Program-made: the position numbers and the translations under genes
Source of the DNA: a virus
Virus record (IMG/VR): IMGVR_UViG_3300035034_001742
Coordinates: 15,522-79,521 of that record
DNA length: 64,000 nucleotides
Strand: one strand, 5' to 3'
Notes under the pieces: generated by a model
The model's database searches: none
What the model was told of the DNA's origin: nothing
What the model saw: only the letters and a program-made list of their open reading frames with translations
Part shown: positions 10,401 to 21,639 of the stretch, piece by piece
Numbering within the stretch: position 1 is the stretch's first letter
Layout of the letters: every line of letters starts with the position of its first letter

Positions 10401-11386
10401 GTAACAACGGCAATACTGCTGACATTTCAGTTGAAGATTACGGCTTATTTATATTTGAGACACTTGCAGAGCTAGGCGAAACAACAACCGACATTGATGC
10501 ATTCAGCGCACCGGAAAACACAATGCAAAAGGTATTACAGGAATATATTAACGATCCGCTCGAAACTAGAACACTAGATTTTCTCGAAGGCAAATCGTTT
10601 AGAGTAGGCGAACCTGATTCGGGTATATCAAATGCAGATCAATTTTATATATTTGAAATTGAGAAGAACGCGTCGGGCGAGAACATTGTTGTTATGACCC
10701 CGGACGATAACCATTATTCGAGAAACGGTAGATCGTTTACGCAGAACACCAATATGCCAATACGCGAATCGTTTTTCTTTAAATGGAATCATTACATATC
10801 TAAGAATCAAATAGTTGACCCAAGTTCAACCAATATTATTGATATGGTGGTGTTAACCAACTTGTATTACAACGATATACTAGTTTGGAAATCGCAAGGC
10901 GGGTCAATATTAACAAAGCCTAAGGCACCAACAACAGAAGATTTGAGGGTCCAGTTTGCAGAGCTAAATAACTTTAAAAGCATATCGGATGAGATAATTT
11001 ATAACTCCGGAAAGTTCAAAATATTATTTGGACCGCAGGCAGTAGACGAACTTCAAGCTACATTTAAAGCGGTCAAGATACCGACTTCAAAGATTAGCAA
11101 CAACGAATTGAGAACTAGAATTATACAATCAGTAGATCAGTACTTTGACATTAACAATTGGGACTTCGGCGAGCAGTTTTATTATACGGAGTTGGCTGCA
11201 TTTATTCATACGCAACTATCGAAGTTTTTGAGTTCGGTTGTTATTGTGCCAAAGCAAGCAGATTCGGAGTTTGGCAACTTGTTTGAAATATCATCAAGAC
11301 CAGACGAAATATTTATATCAACTGCTACAGTAGCAGATGTTGAGATAGTTAGTAATTTCACTGAAACAAATTTGAGAATTAATTAA
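7439..11386 (+). CDS. gp6: Baseplate wedge subunit gp6-like (extended, 1315 aa)
   Basis: YDFDTIRESLVEY...SEFIAIIELLAY...ENLLDTAERRESIIRLARMISYQPKR; VKFSDGNFG; APQTYYTQNRMINNEDY. Confidence 0.88.
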   Translation: MSAIVRQSNLFAAEDFVKVYKSFQDINFTSYDFDTIRESLVEYIRVQYPEDFNDFTADSEFIAIIELLAYLGTSLAFRTDLNARENLLDTAERRESIIRLARMISYQPKRNIAANGLFKVRSVATNQPIRDSAGNQINGLNVTWNDPNNPNWYDQFTSVLNASLNPTNQFGNPSKSQPIGGIPTDLYELNSVLGINVAYNQTININGEEVPFDIVNPDLDTTIVERHPDQNEAFSMIYRNDSLGVGSANTGFFLKFVQGTLVSQDVRYDFPQPNRVQEIEVENINNSDVYLQEINDQGTVLEKWAKVPSVNGTNIIYNSINFDERNVFEPISGLNDTVSVKFSDGNFGNVPSGIYRYWYRTSIGRNIIVRPEDANNLQLALPYVGKDGQRYTLAVSFALENTVANGAPPETNGQVKIRAPQTYYTQNRMINNEDYNVFPLTFGNEIQKLRAINRTHSGHSRYVPLRDPTGFHDGITVLGEDGAIYNEFKNQRSKLELTATLTGEVSVQASFALQDAVGNRNLENFFYTEYIPALAGANPGEFVLTGEGAEVSFTNNNDGEITDIIIDNGGTNYVNPRLNIIRADASISLLNAAIEFVTNDAGVITGVQDLDNAGLGYDSSVDTVIITDTVWKTAPDTIKNETGFFIKDQTQGLPSDIDYISDWPYGDGNSGSYPNIQDTTGSQVVNRAYRYITPGATVKFVNNPNLPSAQQQVFNTSVVSINNFGQAYNPLITETGTIQLGSDVKDLWTPLEVSPMFRTSFTAAELTAIQIEFENSTSFALKYQVEIDSWVIIRSGYDIESSYEYNDSDPTVNNIKDWMVYVEYQPAEGGNNPFYTFITRGIVTVFESLNEVRFYWDPDNVVIDSVTGRANFDKITVLGINEGVVQSVEWDLSGVFTESDGFQETSKVEISPTDINEDNTADNPGSFRDIVGTNNEVIFERYFDIDGYQRSRPWLTGWVSIGVNTDLPEAERTVISGDGNSILRVIDSNNGNTADISVEDYGLFIFETLAELGETTTDIDAFSAPENTMQKVLQEYINDPLETRTLDFLEGKSFRVGEPDSGISNADQFYIFEIEKNASGENIVVMTPDDNHYSRNGRSFTQNTNMPIRESFFFKWNHYISKNQIVDPSSTNIIDMVVLTNLYYNDILVWKSQGGSILTKPKAPTTEDLRVQFAELNNFKSISDEIIYNSGKFKILFGPQAVDELQATFKAVKIPTSKISNNELRTRIIQSVDQYFDINNWDFGEQFYYTELAAFIHTQLSKFLSSVVIVPKQADSEFGNLFEISSRPDEIFISTATVADVEIVSNFTETNLRIN

Positions 11387-14300
11387 TGAATAACAACAAA
11401 GTTTTTAACAAGTTACCATCTGTATTTCAGAACGTAACACAGAGAAAGTTTTTCGATGCAACTGTCGATCAGCTGTTCTCAAAGAAAAACAGTGAAAAAA
11501 TTGACGGGTACATTGGTAGACGCACCAGCGGCATATACGATCCGCAGAATGATTACTACATTCCGCAAAAGAACAAAGAGCGCACATGGTATCAGTTAGA
11601 GCCAAGTGCTGTTGTTACCAATCCGGAGACCGCTGAAAAAAGTAATTATTACTTTTACTATGATCTGATTAACCGCATTAATTCGTTAGGCGGTGTAACT
11701 GACAATCATGATAGATTGTTTCAATCGGATCAGTATTCGTACTCACCGCCTATAGACATGGACAAGTTTGTTAATTTTCAAAACTATTACTGGGTGCCAA
11801 GACGCTTTGACCCAATTGAACTGTTTGGCTTAACTGACGATTTTGTAGAAAACCAGATATTAGGTAAAACTAAATTTGTTGCTAGTGGATATTCTCAGTT
11901 TGACGATACGCCGTTACAAGACATGGTGTTTACGTCGGGCATGCGGGTAACATTTCCTGACTCGGAGTCGTACAACGATCAATACAGCATCGATGGTGTT
12001 GGATCATCGATAAGACTGGTACGAGACGAACTTGAAATATTGTCAGCAGTTACATACAATTCTTTGCCGTGGGATGGCGATGCAAGTGTAGGTACAGTAT
12101 CTCTCAACAACACATTATGGGATAATATTCCATGGGATGCAGTCGAGCGCGAAACCACACTAGCTGACTATATTACCATTCAAAAAGGTGCGATTAACAG
12201 TAACTTATGGTCGCGTACCAACAAGTGGTACCATATTTCTGCAATTGAGCAAACTGTTCGATTTAGCGGTAAAGTGTTCCCACAGACAGCAGAACGAGCA
12301 AGGCGCCCAATTATTGAGTTCTTTAGCAACCTCGAACTTGAAAAATCAGGTATATTCTTTTACAGCGAACTTGATTTTTACTCAACGTCACTTACATTCA
12401 ATGATGTGAACTTAAAAACGGTTGCCGAAGTAAGAACATTACTTGACTCTAACAGCGTTAACAACGGGACACGCATACTATTCGCCAACGATGATTTTGT
12501 ATTCCAGGGCATTGGCTCTAAAGTGAATACAATTGTATGGAAGGTGTTTATACTTGCAGGAATTGTGTATTTAATACCAGACAACTACAATGTGGTACGT
12601 CCGATACCGGTTGAACTATTTTATAACAGATTACCATGGGATGCCGCTAACTCAGAAGTAGATAATACACTGTGGGATGCGCTAGCGTGGGCGGCAATTG
12701 AACTCGATGACGAACAAGGCGTAAAGCGTTTGCTTGAGATCGGCGGCAACTACGTATATGACAATGCGACAGTTACGCTTCCTGAGAGTGCTAATCTTCC
12801 AATAGGCACAGAAATACGTGTGCGTGTTTCACCCGGAACCACTGCAAGAATAGAAGCATTTACACAAGCTGAATTTTTATACAACCTAAACGGTACTCAA
12901 TCGACTGAGATTGAGTTTGACGACAACGAAACTGACATCGGATTTATACTAACATCGAGAGGATGGGAATCGTTTACTATTGTTTCGTTTGCTGACACAG
13001 CAGAAATAAATGATATTGCATTTGTTACATTTGGTGATTTACCAGTCAATGGTGGAAACAGAGGCGAAAGCTATTACTACAATGGCACAACTTGGGTACT
13101 TGCAAGCAATCAGAAAATACGCCAGAACCAAACCCCTAAATTTGCGCTTTACGATAACAATAAAATTTCACTAACTGATATAAACAAATATCCGTCGAGT
13201 AACTTCGTAGGTTCGGATATATTTTCGTTTAAGGTCTCCAATGAAGCAAGTGTGCCAAATGATCCGATTCTTAGATTGCCACTTGTGTACAAGAGTTCAG
13301 CTCAAAGTTCGGACATTGTGTTCGAGAATGATTTAATAACCGATCGCTACACTTACCTATCGTCAGACAACGATGCCATTACTGAAATATCAGGGTATTA
13401 CTATTATCGTGTTGTTAGCGAAACTGATAATAGAATCGACAGTACTAACTGGGCGTTTGATAACAGCTGGTATGCAATATCCGAAAGAACCAAACAGCGT
13501 GTGGTCGATAAGTTTGCTGTATTTGACGCAGATGTTAACGAATACCAATTAAGTGTATTTCCGATAGGCGGACGAGACGGAATTGAAGTTCAATTATCCG
13601 GAGTCAACGTCGAGGATTTCGATTACTTTGTGCAAAACAACATTCCGAGTATCAGAGTTAACCGACCACTAAATGTCAATGACGACATCGAAGCTAAAAC
13701 ATACTCATCGGATAGCTTGCCTGACGATTCGCAGGGATTCTACGAAATTCCAAGAGAATTAGAATCTAATCCTGAAAATGCCGAAGTAGGCGAATACTCG
13801 TACGGTGAGTTCGTGCCGCACTTTAGTTCAGTAATTTTCAATCAAGAAAACAACCAAGTAAACCCGAGATCTCGTGCAAACATGTACAGAGATACAGTGC
13901 GTGACCCATCACTTGGTACTTTAATTATACAGACCAATGCATCCATGCTTAAATCTATGTTGTTTTCGGATCCTAAGGATGTGGATGTTATTAGTGCAAT
14001 ACGCTATGCCAAGAACGAATATGTTAACTTCAGAAACTCATTTATAAATGAAGCGTCTCGCTACAAATACGATTTCAATCAAGTAGATAACTTCACATTG
14101 TATAACTGGGTTTCAGAAATACTTGAAGCATCTGGTCTGTCACGAAGAACAGCAGGCGCGTTCGAAAACGCTTTCATGGTTGCTTTTGGAGATCCGACGT
14201 CTGAAGAACAGTTTGTCATAGACAGATTGTTCAACAATGGCGGTGGCCAAAGCGTTTTACTTTCCAATGTTGGACCTGGACAATTCCGCACAATACTTAA

Positions 14301-17300
14301 TGCTGAGCTACCGGGTGTGATATACGATTATAATCTAATTACATTATACGATAACCAAGCAGATCGAAATCTCGACCTAGGAACTGATTACTCACTTGAG
14401 CGTTCAGGCAGATCTGTAATAATTAGATTCGCAGAGCAATCAGGAGTAACACCTGATGGGCTTATATCGGTTGATATACAATCTACTACATCTCAGCTAA
14501 CATCTTCAATTACGGATGTTACATTACAGAACAACATATTGTATGTGTACGAAGTTGGATCAGATTTTGAGACCAACCCAGAAACAGCGCAAAAGTTATT
14601 ACTTGAATCGCAAGATTACTTTGTTAGATACGAAGATGGATTGATCAATATTGACTTTCCGCAAGAAGATGGTTACCCTCAGGCAGGCAAGATTTATTAT
14701 GCACGAGTATTTGCTAACAGTGACCCGGCATACATTCCTGCAACTCCTGCAAAATTAGGAATGAGCAAAGTTAATGTACCTAGACTTGAAATAGATTCAA
14801 GTTACACATTACAGCAAGCAGTTATAGTAGGTCACGATGGTTCACGAACAATTGCGTTTGGTGACTTTGCCCGAGACGGTAACAACGATTTAATACCAGA
14901 CGAAAATGGTGCTCCGTACCCAGCCGGACTTGATATTTCAGGCGGAGTTGACAACATACCGTTAACAAATTTAACTAAGTTTTATGATGTTCGTGATTTA
15001 CTGTTGCTTGAACTCGAGAGACAAATATACAACAACATTCCTAGTAAGTTCAAGCTAGAATACAATTTATTACTACAAGAGTCAGACATTAGACCTAGTG
15101 CATTGGCTGTAACTGATTATTCACGCCAAGAATATTATCAGTTAGTAACAGAATCATTGTTTTCGAAGTGGACGGCCAATAACAGACTTGATTTTAGAAA
15201 AAATGAATTCTACAACGAATTCGATTGGAGAACATGGAATTACAGTTCGTTAAATATTAAAATATGGAATGCGTTTACTAACGAAGTAGTCGAAATACCG
15301 GGAACAAAATTACCCGGATCGTGGAAAGGTATATACCTGTACTATTATGGTACCATTGAACCTCATGCTAAACCTTGGGAATGCCTTGGATTTAGCGAAG
15401 AGCCAAGCTGGTGGAGAATCACTACCCAAGCAGGATTCAACGATGGTTTCACTGGCTATGGAAATAATTTTACTGCAATTAATACGGCACTGTGGGCCGA
15501 CATCGAACAAGGCATTATACGCCGGGGTGATAGATCAGGAGTGTTAACACCTGAGCAACAACGCCGAGGATTGTTAGGTAACTGCAACTTTGATAGAACT
15601 GTGTATTTTCAAGACTTACCTAACGGACAGCGCACGTTTAGAGCACCGTACGAAGGCGTTGCAGGCACTGACAACCTAGTACCAGTTTATGATAACTCAG
15701 ACAAGAAGTCAATACTTGATATTTTCAATTATCAAGACGGTGATATTGTTAACATCACTGGCGGGTGGGTATACGGTGATTCCGGTCCGGTTGAAAACGC
15801 ATGGTACAGATCATCAGAATTTTTCTTCTCGTTGCTTGAATTCTTTTACATGCTCAAGCCAGCCGCTTTCGGCGAAAAGTTTTGGGATCCCGAGAGCATA
15901 GATTTTGTCGGTGATCAGTTTATTGATGTCAGAACTGGCTTCCGTCCAGTGAACAGTACTCAATTAGTGCATGCCGAAGTAGACGATGGCGAAACCGTTG
16001 TACGCTCAGGATATCAGCAATATATCTCGGATTACTTGATTTTCAACAATGTTGACATCAGGACCAATGTCGGCGATAAGGTAAGAGGACTCGGAGTACA
16101 GCTAGCACATAAAATAGGCGGGTTTACCAACCGTGATAGATTAAAACTTTACCTTGAATCAGTATCAAGCACCGATCAAGGATCGCTGTTGGTACCGTCG
16201 GATAACTTTGATGTTGCACTATACACCGGCGCTCCGATTAGAAGTTATGCATACTCAGGTGTGTTAATTAATGTTAACGATGATTCGACGTTCACTGTTT
16301 ACGGTTACGACCTCATATCGCAAGAGTTTAAAGTATTGCCTGCTAAGTCAAACAGCAAGCAAGTTAGAATAAATGAAGGCGGTACGCCAGAGTCATTTAC
16401 CGAGTTTGATTTCGGTAAAAGATATATCGAAGGACAACTTGTGAGATATGAAGGAATCTTTTATCGTGCAAACAGTTCTTTAATTGCAAATAGTTTTGTA
16501 TCTGGTGATTGGGTACGTTTACCAGGGCTACCTACATCAGGTGGTCTTTCAGTTGTGTATCGTCCAGATAGAACACAAGACTTTCAGCGCGTGGCTTACG
16601 GTACTAGATTGACATCAGTGCAAGACGTATATGACTTCATGATTGGCTACGGTGCCCACTTAGAAAGCGAAGGCTGGAAATATGATACAATTGACATATA
16701 CGGCAAAGTAGATAACTGGAAGACTGCCGCCGGCAAGTTCTTGTTTTGGGCAACCAACAACTGGGAAACCAACAATGCACTTGCACTGAGCCCGAATGCA
16801 ACTAATATCACCCTCGAAGTCGAAGACGGTTACCCGGATAACGTGGAACGTCTTACTAATGGTGTATACAGCATATTAGACAAAGATGGCTTTGCAATTG
16901 CACCAGAAAACACCATAATACAGCGAGACGGCAAGAAGATTACCATTACACCCGTTAATGATGGCGAAGGCGTGTTCTATTTGCGTGTTAATGCAAGCGA
17001 AACAGAGCACATTGTGATAGTAGACAAGTTAACCGACTTCAATGATACCATATACGACCCAGTGCTAAACACTAGACAATCGCGCCTGCGCTTTTCTGGG
17101 ACCAGAACACTAGATTGGACAGGTAAATTAGAAGCACCGGGTTATTTAGTACAGGGCAATGACTTATTGCCTAACTTAGAAACGTTAACTGAAAACCTTA
17201 GAAACTTGTACGACGAAAACTCAGTCGATGATAACGAAGACTTCGAAAATGCGGCAAGGCACTTAATTGGGTTTGAAAACAGAGCGTACTTGGATGCACT

Positions 17301-20300
17301 TAACGTTACTGATCAAGCACAGTTTAACTTCTACCAGGGATTTGTTGCTGAAAAAGGCACAGCCAATGCAATTGATAAACTGTTAAGATCAAGTAGCATA
17401 AATGATAAAGATAAAATATCATATTACGAAGACTGGGCATTCAAAAGCAGTAACTTCGGTGCAACCACAAACGATATAAGCATCGAGATATTGTCCCAAA
17501 GAGATAAAATTAAGTCAGATCCGCAAATCTATAGACTAAACTACAGTTTACGCGACACTGGTTCGATATCGTTAATTGCTATTTACAGTGCAGAAGAAAT
17601 ATACAGTTCGGTACCGACCGTAACAATCGATCCGCCGACTGGAAACACTGGCACACCAGCGACAGCAATTGCAGTACTGAACAGTGCTAGACGCATTGAA
17701 AGAATCGAAATTACAAATAAAGGTGCAGGATATACGTCGAGACCAACTATAAGAATCGGAGAAGGTCAAGAAACACAAAACTTAATCATACGCAACAATA
17801 GTACATTCGATCCAGTGACATTGCTTCCTGTTAACACTGATATTGCGTATGCAACTATTCAGCGTACGGTGATCAAAGACAATCCAAGAGATCAGATAAT
17901 CGATATAGATAGTGATGATACAACTCGTTGGATCAGTAAGCCAACAGGTGTTAACTTTGAAAACAGCGTACCCACTATTGTAGAAGCAGTAAATGGGTTA
18001 CCAACTGCTGGTAATGTTCATCGTGATGATGTTGACCATGCTGTTTACAGTGATGTATCTCCGTTGTGGGATACTAGATTAGATGCAAGACCTAGCATAA
18101 ATGACACAATATGGGTAGCACAGTCGCCATCGTCTAAATGGGCAGTTTACAAAGTTGCAGAGCGAGAAGTGGTCGAATCTGCATTGCAAACATTAATGAT
18201 TTCACAGGCATTAGATTATGATCCTAGCACAGTCGAAGCAATATTTAACATAATGTCGATCGACCTACATGATCAATTTAGCGAAAATAGTTTCATCAGT
18301 AATAGAAATCGCTATCCTGCATGTGTTGTCGGTATAGATGATACAAGCGGCGACTATGTTGCGCAAGAAACTACTTTAATAACCGAATTATTAGGTGCCA
18401 ATGGCACAACCGATAAACTATTATTAACTGCAAAGCGTATATCGGAAACTCAGTATCAGTTGTTTGATGCTAACGACGAACCGGTTACGCTCGATGTGTT
18501 TTTCAGCAACAACGAAGTTCCGGTTGAATATGTTGTTAAGTTTAGCACATTTGTTAACTTGCGTTTCTCGACACAGAGTGCAGTAACTGAGTACGCCGGT
18601 GACGAAATAATCGATTCTGACTTAGTGTGGATTGACAACAACGGAAACGACAAATGGATAGTTGCTGAATATAGTAGCGTCGAATTAGACGTGTTGCATC
18701 GCAAACAACAACCCCTTATTGACACTGATCTTTACGAAAACATTTATTTGCGTGAAAGAAAGTCAGGCAAAACAATTGCACAGTTACCAGTCTACGATCC
18801 GGTAAAAGGCATACTGTTCGGCAGTGTCGAAAAGAACGTATCATACAAAACGCCATCTGATCCTGCAAAATACCAAGCAGGCGGAAACCGAGGACGCACA
18901 TTCGGTGCACAAGAAGTTGGTCGCGTGTGGTTAGACACATCAACTCTTAGATTTGTTGATTATGAGCAACCACCGGTATTAACAGGTGATAGAGCTCAGG
19001 CAGTTAGCGATATAATAGAATACAGACGTGATAACTGGGGCAGAGTGTTTGACGGATCGCCAATTGATGTGTATGAATGGGTCGAAAGTGAAACACCTCC
19101 GCTCAATTACAGAGGCAACGGTTCGCCACGCAACACCACAGACTTTATAGAAGATCGCACATACGATTCGTTCAATGACGAATCTGAAGTGACATACTTC
19201 TTTTGGGTCACCGGCAAAACTGAATTCCCTGCAACCGCACAGAATCGTTCCATGTCAACTACGGAAATTGCCAACACCATACGTAACCCAGGCAAGCAAG
19301 GCATACAATACTTTGCTCCGATACAGTTCAGTGCAACCAATCAGTCGTTTATTATAGCAAACGCAGACAGCTTGCTCAGTAACCGAAATTGTGTAATACA
19401 GTTGAATTACAGACAGACAGAAAGTGATAATGTAACGCACGACGAGTGGTTGTTATTGCGCGAAGGTGATAGATTTTCTAAAGTGCCAGATAGACTGTGG
19501 GACAAGATGGTAGACTCATTGATTGGATTTACCAAACCGTTACCAGCAGGCGATTATGAAAATGGAATACCGTTTAACGAAAACGGTGAGTCGATTGTAC
19601 TTCCGGTACCGTCTACCAGTTTAAGCGAAGATCAGAAATACGGTCTTGGCATTAGACCACAGCAATCCATGTTCACGGATGACACTGAAGCAAGACGAAT
19701 AATTGTTACTAAACTTAACAGCATGATCGAAAGATTGCGCTTTTGGGAATCACCATTGCTAGGTTGGGATGCCGATATTACCACCAGTGAATACTGGGGA
19801 AATGTAGACTGGTTTGCTGATGGATTTGATAGACTTAATTCCAGAACAAATAGACAAGTTGAGACATTGCAAGCATTGCTTGGTATAATCGGCACACTAG
19901 AAGATGGAGACTTGATAAGAGTGTATCCGTTTAATCCCGATCTATTAATTGATAAATCGGAAGTATACATATATGACTCAAGCATTAATAATGTGAGACT
20001 AATTGCTAGACAAGATGGTGCTGTTAGAATTAACGATAGCATTGTTGAAAACGGTTCGAGCAGAACAGCCAAGTCAGAGTTACGACAGTTGCTCAATGAA
20101 CTTAAAGCCAACGTGTTTGTTGCGAGCAATGAAGTTATGCAAAACCAGTTGTTCTTTACTGCGGTGAACTTTGTGGTAAGCGAACAGAAGGCGTTGGACT
20201 GGTTGTTTAAAACATCGTACATCACCTTTGTGCAAGATGGGTTAGCACTTGACCAGGCCAAATTCTTCCAGCCAGACTTGTTTGATGACTTTCTTGATTA

Positions 20301-21636
20301 CGTGCGCGAGGCAAAACCTTATCACACCAAAATTAGAGATAGCATAATTATTATCACATATGAGTCGCCAGAAGAAACGGCAGACGGAACGGCTTTTGAT
20401 AACTTCATAGGAGACTATGCTTGTGCAAACGGTGTGTGCTCAGGCAGTGTCGAAACCTACCTTAGAGAAATGATTATTAAAATTGAGTTTGCTCGCACAG
20501 GTGAAAACAGTTTAATAATTGACCCCAACCGTAACGGAACAGCTGACCCGACTAGAGTATGGGACAAGCCCGGCACACGCTGGGACGAAGAGAACTCATT
20601 GTGGGATAAGACACTTATTGTGGGCGGTCTGATAGATGCACAGGAAAATTCACCTGTAATTTACAGCTCGGAGCCAGCCACAGATGAGCTAGTGTATATT
20701 GATCCAGCTGAAACGCTAATAATTGATACGTTCACGTCAGTTTCTCCAGCTGGTAATGATTATTGGGATATAAATAGATGGGACAGTGCAAACGGATACG
20801 ACGAATTGCCAAACCTTGTATTGGCTCAAGAAGTTGCATACAAAATGCACATTCGCAAATACGGCATTGAGTTTGGAGAATTCACAGCAAACGCACAAAA
20901 CACAAGCGCCGAATTAGTTTCGTATTTGCCACCATCACGTTTTGTGCCTAGAGTCACAATTGTTGGCAACGGTAGTTTTGCCGAGGTGTCTGTTAACAGC
21001 ATCGACGAAAACGGTGGCATAGCTGAGTTAGAAGTTACATCACCGGGTTTTGGGTATGTAACTGCTCAACTCGATATTGACCACCCAAGCGGCACTGGCT
21101 TTGCTGGCACGGTTACTATTCTAAATGGATTTGTAACCGCTGTTACTATAACCAATCCAGGATCAGGTTACTCATATTTCTTTGATAATGGACAGGTTAA
21201 CAGTATTGAAATCACAAAAGAACCATCGTTTTTGTCTGTATCAATAGAAAACCAAATGTGGATAGGCAACGAACTAATAACATACAGTAATGTGAACGAC
21301 AATGGCGAAACACTAATTGTAACAGGAATACAGCGTGGACAAAAAGGAACCGGGATAATGGAACATCAACCTGGTGTAACGATATTCACGGGATCTGATT
21401 TCTTGCCCGATCCATTACTTGCAAAAAATAATGTACCAGGCGCCGATGCGCTACTTACTAACAGCGATCAGTACACTACTATTGTAAGACGATACGACAA
21501 TCGTCAAGTAAGAGTACCTAACTGTAATCCATGGTTTAGAAGAGCAAGTCAAGATAATACCAAGTTTGTTGCCAATTCAGCCGCGGCCAACTACTTGTTA
21601 GCAAACGGAACAGGCACATATCCAGGATTTGGATAA
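11386..21636 (+). CDS. Giant baseplate wedge/structural protein (gp7-like position, 3416 aa)
   Basis: Follows gp6; DMDKFVNFQNYYW near the N-terminus and YVREAKPYHTKIR near the C-terminus; GxGY repeats. Confidence 0.75.
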   Translation: MNNNKVFNKLPSVFQNVTQRKFFDATVDQLFSKKNSEKIDGYIGRRTSGIYDPQNDYYIPQKNKERTWYQLEPSAVVTNPETAEKSNYYFYYDLINRINSLGGVTDNHDRLFQSDQYSYSPPIDMDKFVNFQNYYWVPRRFDPIELFGLTDDFVENQILGKTKFVASGYSQFDDTPLQDMVFTSGMRVTFPDSESYNDQYSIDGVGSSIRLVRDELEILSAVTYNSLPWDGDASVGTVSLNNTLWDNIPWDAVERETTLADYITIQKGAINSNLWSRTNKWYHISAIEQTVRFSGKVFPQTAERARRPIIEFFSNLELEKSGIFFYSELDFYSTSLTFNDVNLKTVAEVRTLLDSNSVNNGTRILFANDDFVFQGIGSKVNTIVWKVFILAGIVYLIPDNYNVVRPIPVELFYNRLPWDAANSEVDNTLWDALAWAAIELDDEQGVKRLLEIGGNYVYDNATVTLPESANLPIGTEIRVRVSPGTTARIEAFTQAEFLYNLNGTQSTEIEFDDNETDIGFILTSRGWESFTIVSFADTAEINDIAFVTFGDLPVNGGNRGESYYYNGTTWVLASNQKIRQNQTPKFALYDNNKISLTDINKYPSSNFVGSDIFSFKVSNEASVPNDPILRLPLVYKSSAQSSDIVFENDLITDRYTYLSSDNDAITEISGYYYYRVVSETDNRIDSTNWAFDNSWYAISERTKQRVVDKFAVFDADVNEYQLSVFPIGGRDGIEVQLSGVNVEDFDYFVQNNIPSIRVNRPLNVNDDIEAKTYSSDSLPDDSQGFYEIPRELESNPENAEVGEYSYGEFVPHFSSVIFNQENNQVNPRSRANMYRDTVRDPSLGTLIIQTNASMLKSMLFSDPKDVDVISAIRYAKNEYVNFRNSFINEASRYKYDFNQVDNFTLYNWVSEILEASGLSRRTAGAFENAFMVAFGDPTSEEQFVIDRLFNNGGGQSVLLSNVGPGQFRTILNAELPGVIYDYNLITLYDNQADRNLDLGTDYSLERSGRSVIIRFAEQSGVTPDGLISVDIQSTTSQLTSSITDVTLQNNILYVYEVGSDFETNPETAQKLLLESQDYFVRYEDGLINIDFPQEDGYPQAGKIYYARVFANSDPAYIPATPAKLGMSKVNVPRLEIDSSYTLQQAVIVGHDGSRTIAFGDFARDGNNDLIPDENGAPYPAGLDISGGVDNIPLTNLTKFYDVRDLLLLELERQIYNNIPSKFKLEYNLLLQESDIRPSALAVTDYSRQEYYQLVTESLFSKWTANNRLDFRKNEFYNEFDWRTWNYSSLNIKIWNAFTNEVVEIPGTKLPGSWKGIYLYYYGTIEPHAKPWECLGFSEEPSWWRITTQAGFNDGFTGYGNNFTAINTALWADIEQGIIRRGDRSGVLTPEQQRRGLLGNCNFDRTVYFQDLPNGQRTFRAPYEGVAGTDNLVPVYDNSDKKSILDIFNYQDGDIVNITGGWVYGDSGPVENAWYRSSEFFFSLLEFFYMLKPAAFGEKFWDPESIDFVGDQFIDVRTGFRPVNSTQLVHAEVDDGETVVRSGYQQYISDYLIFNNVDIRTNVGDKVRGLGVQLAHKIGGFTNRDRLKLYLESVSSTDQGSLLVPSDNFDVALYTGAPIRSYAYSGVLINVNDDSTFTVYGYDLISQEFKVLPAKSNSKQVRINEGGTPESFTEFDFGKRYIEGQLVRYEGIFYRANSSLIANSFVSGDWVRLPGLPTSGGLSVVYRPDRTQDFQRVAYGTRLTSVQDVYDFMIGYGAHLESEGWKYDTIDIYGKVDNWKTAAGKFLFWATNNWETNNALALSPNATNITLEVEDGYPDNVERLTNGVYSILDKDGFAIAPENTIIQRDGKKITITPVNDGEGVFYLRVNASETEHIVIVDKLTDFNDTIYDPVLNTRQSRLRFSGTRTLDWTGKLEAPGYLVQGNDLLPNLETLTENLRNLYDENSVDDNEDFENAARHLIGFENRAYLDALNVTDQAQFNFYQGFVAEKGTANAIDKLLRSSSINDKDKISYYEDWAFKSSNFGATTNDISIEILSQRDKIKSDPQIYRLNYSLRDTGSISLIAIYSAEEIYSSVPTVTIDPPTGNTGTPATAIAVLNSARRIERIEITNKGAGYTSRPTIRIGEGQETQNLIIRNNSTFDPVTLLPVNTDIAYATIQRTVIKDNPRDQIIDIDSDDTTRWISKPTGVNFENSVPTIVEAVNGLPTAGNVHRDDVDHAVYSDVSPLWDTRLDARPSINDTIWVAQSPSSKWAVYKVAEREVVESALQTLMISQALDYDPSTVEAIFNIMSIDLHDQFSENSFISNRNRYPACVVGIDDTSGDYVAQETTLITELLGANGTTDKLLLTAKRISETQYQLFDANDEPVTLDVFFSNNEVPVEYVVKFSTFVNLRFSTQSAVTEYAGDEIIDSDLVWIDNNGNDKWIVAEYSSVELDVLHRKQQPLIDTDLYENIYLRERKSGKTIAQLPVYDPVKGILFGSVEKNVSYKTPSDPAKYQAGGNRGRTFGAQEVGRVWLDTSTLRFVDYEQPPVLTGDRAQAVSDIIEYRRDNWGRVFDGSPIDVYEWVESETPPLNYRGNGSPRNTTDFIEDRTYDSFNDESEVTYFFWVTGKTEFPATAQNRSMSTTEIANTIRNPGKQGIQYFAPIQFSATNQSFIIANADSLLSNRNCVIQLNYRQTESDNVTHDEWLLLREGDRFSKVPDRLWDKMVDSLIGFTKPLPAGDYENGIPFNENGESIVLPVPSTSLSEDQKYGLGIRPQQSMFTDDTEARRIIVTKLNSMIERLRFWESPLLGWDADITTSEYWGNVDWFADGFDRLNSRTNRQVETLQALLGIIGTLEDGDLIRVYPFNPDLLIDKSEVYIYDSSINNVRLIARQDGAVRINDSIVENGSSRTAKSELRQLLNELKANVFVASNEVMQNQLFFTAVNFVVSEQKALDWLFKTSYITFVQDGLALDQAKFFQPDLFDDFLDYVREAKPYHTKIRDSIIIITYESPEETADGTAFDNFIGDYACANGVCSGSVETYLREMIIKIEFARTGENSLIIDPNRNGTADPTRVWDKPGTRWDEENSLWDKTLIVGGLIDAQENSPVIYSSEPATDELVYIDPAETLIIDTFTSVSPAGNDYWDINRWDSANGYDELPNLVLAQEVAYKMHIRKYGIEFGEFTANAQNTSAELVSYLPPSRFVPRVTIVGNGSFAEVSVNSIDENGGIAELEVTSPGFGYVTAQLDIDHPSGTGFAGTVTILNGFVTAVTITNPGSGYSYFFDNGQVNSIEITKEPSFLSVSIENQMWIGNELITYSNVNDNGETLIVTGIQRGQKGTGIMEHQPGVTIFTGSDFLPDPLLAKNNVPGADALLTNSDQYTTIVRRYDNRQVRVPNCNPWFRRASQDNTKFVANSAAANYLLANGTGTYPGFG

Positions 21637-21639
21637 GGG

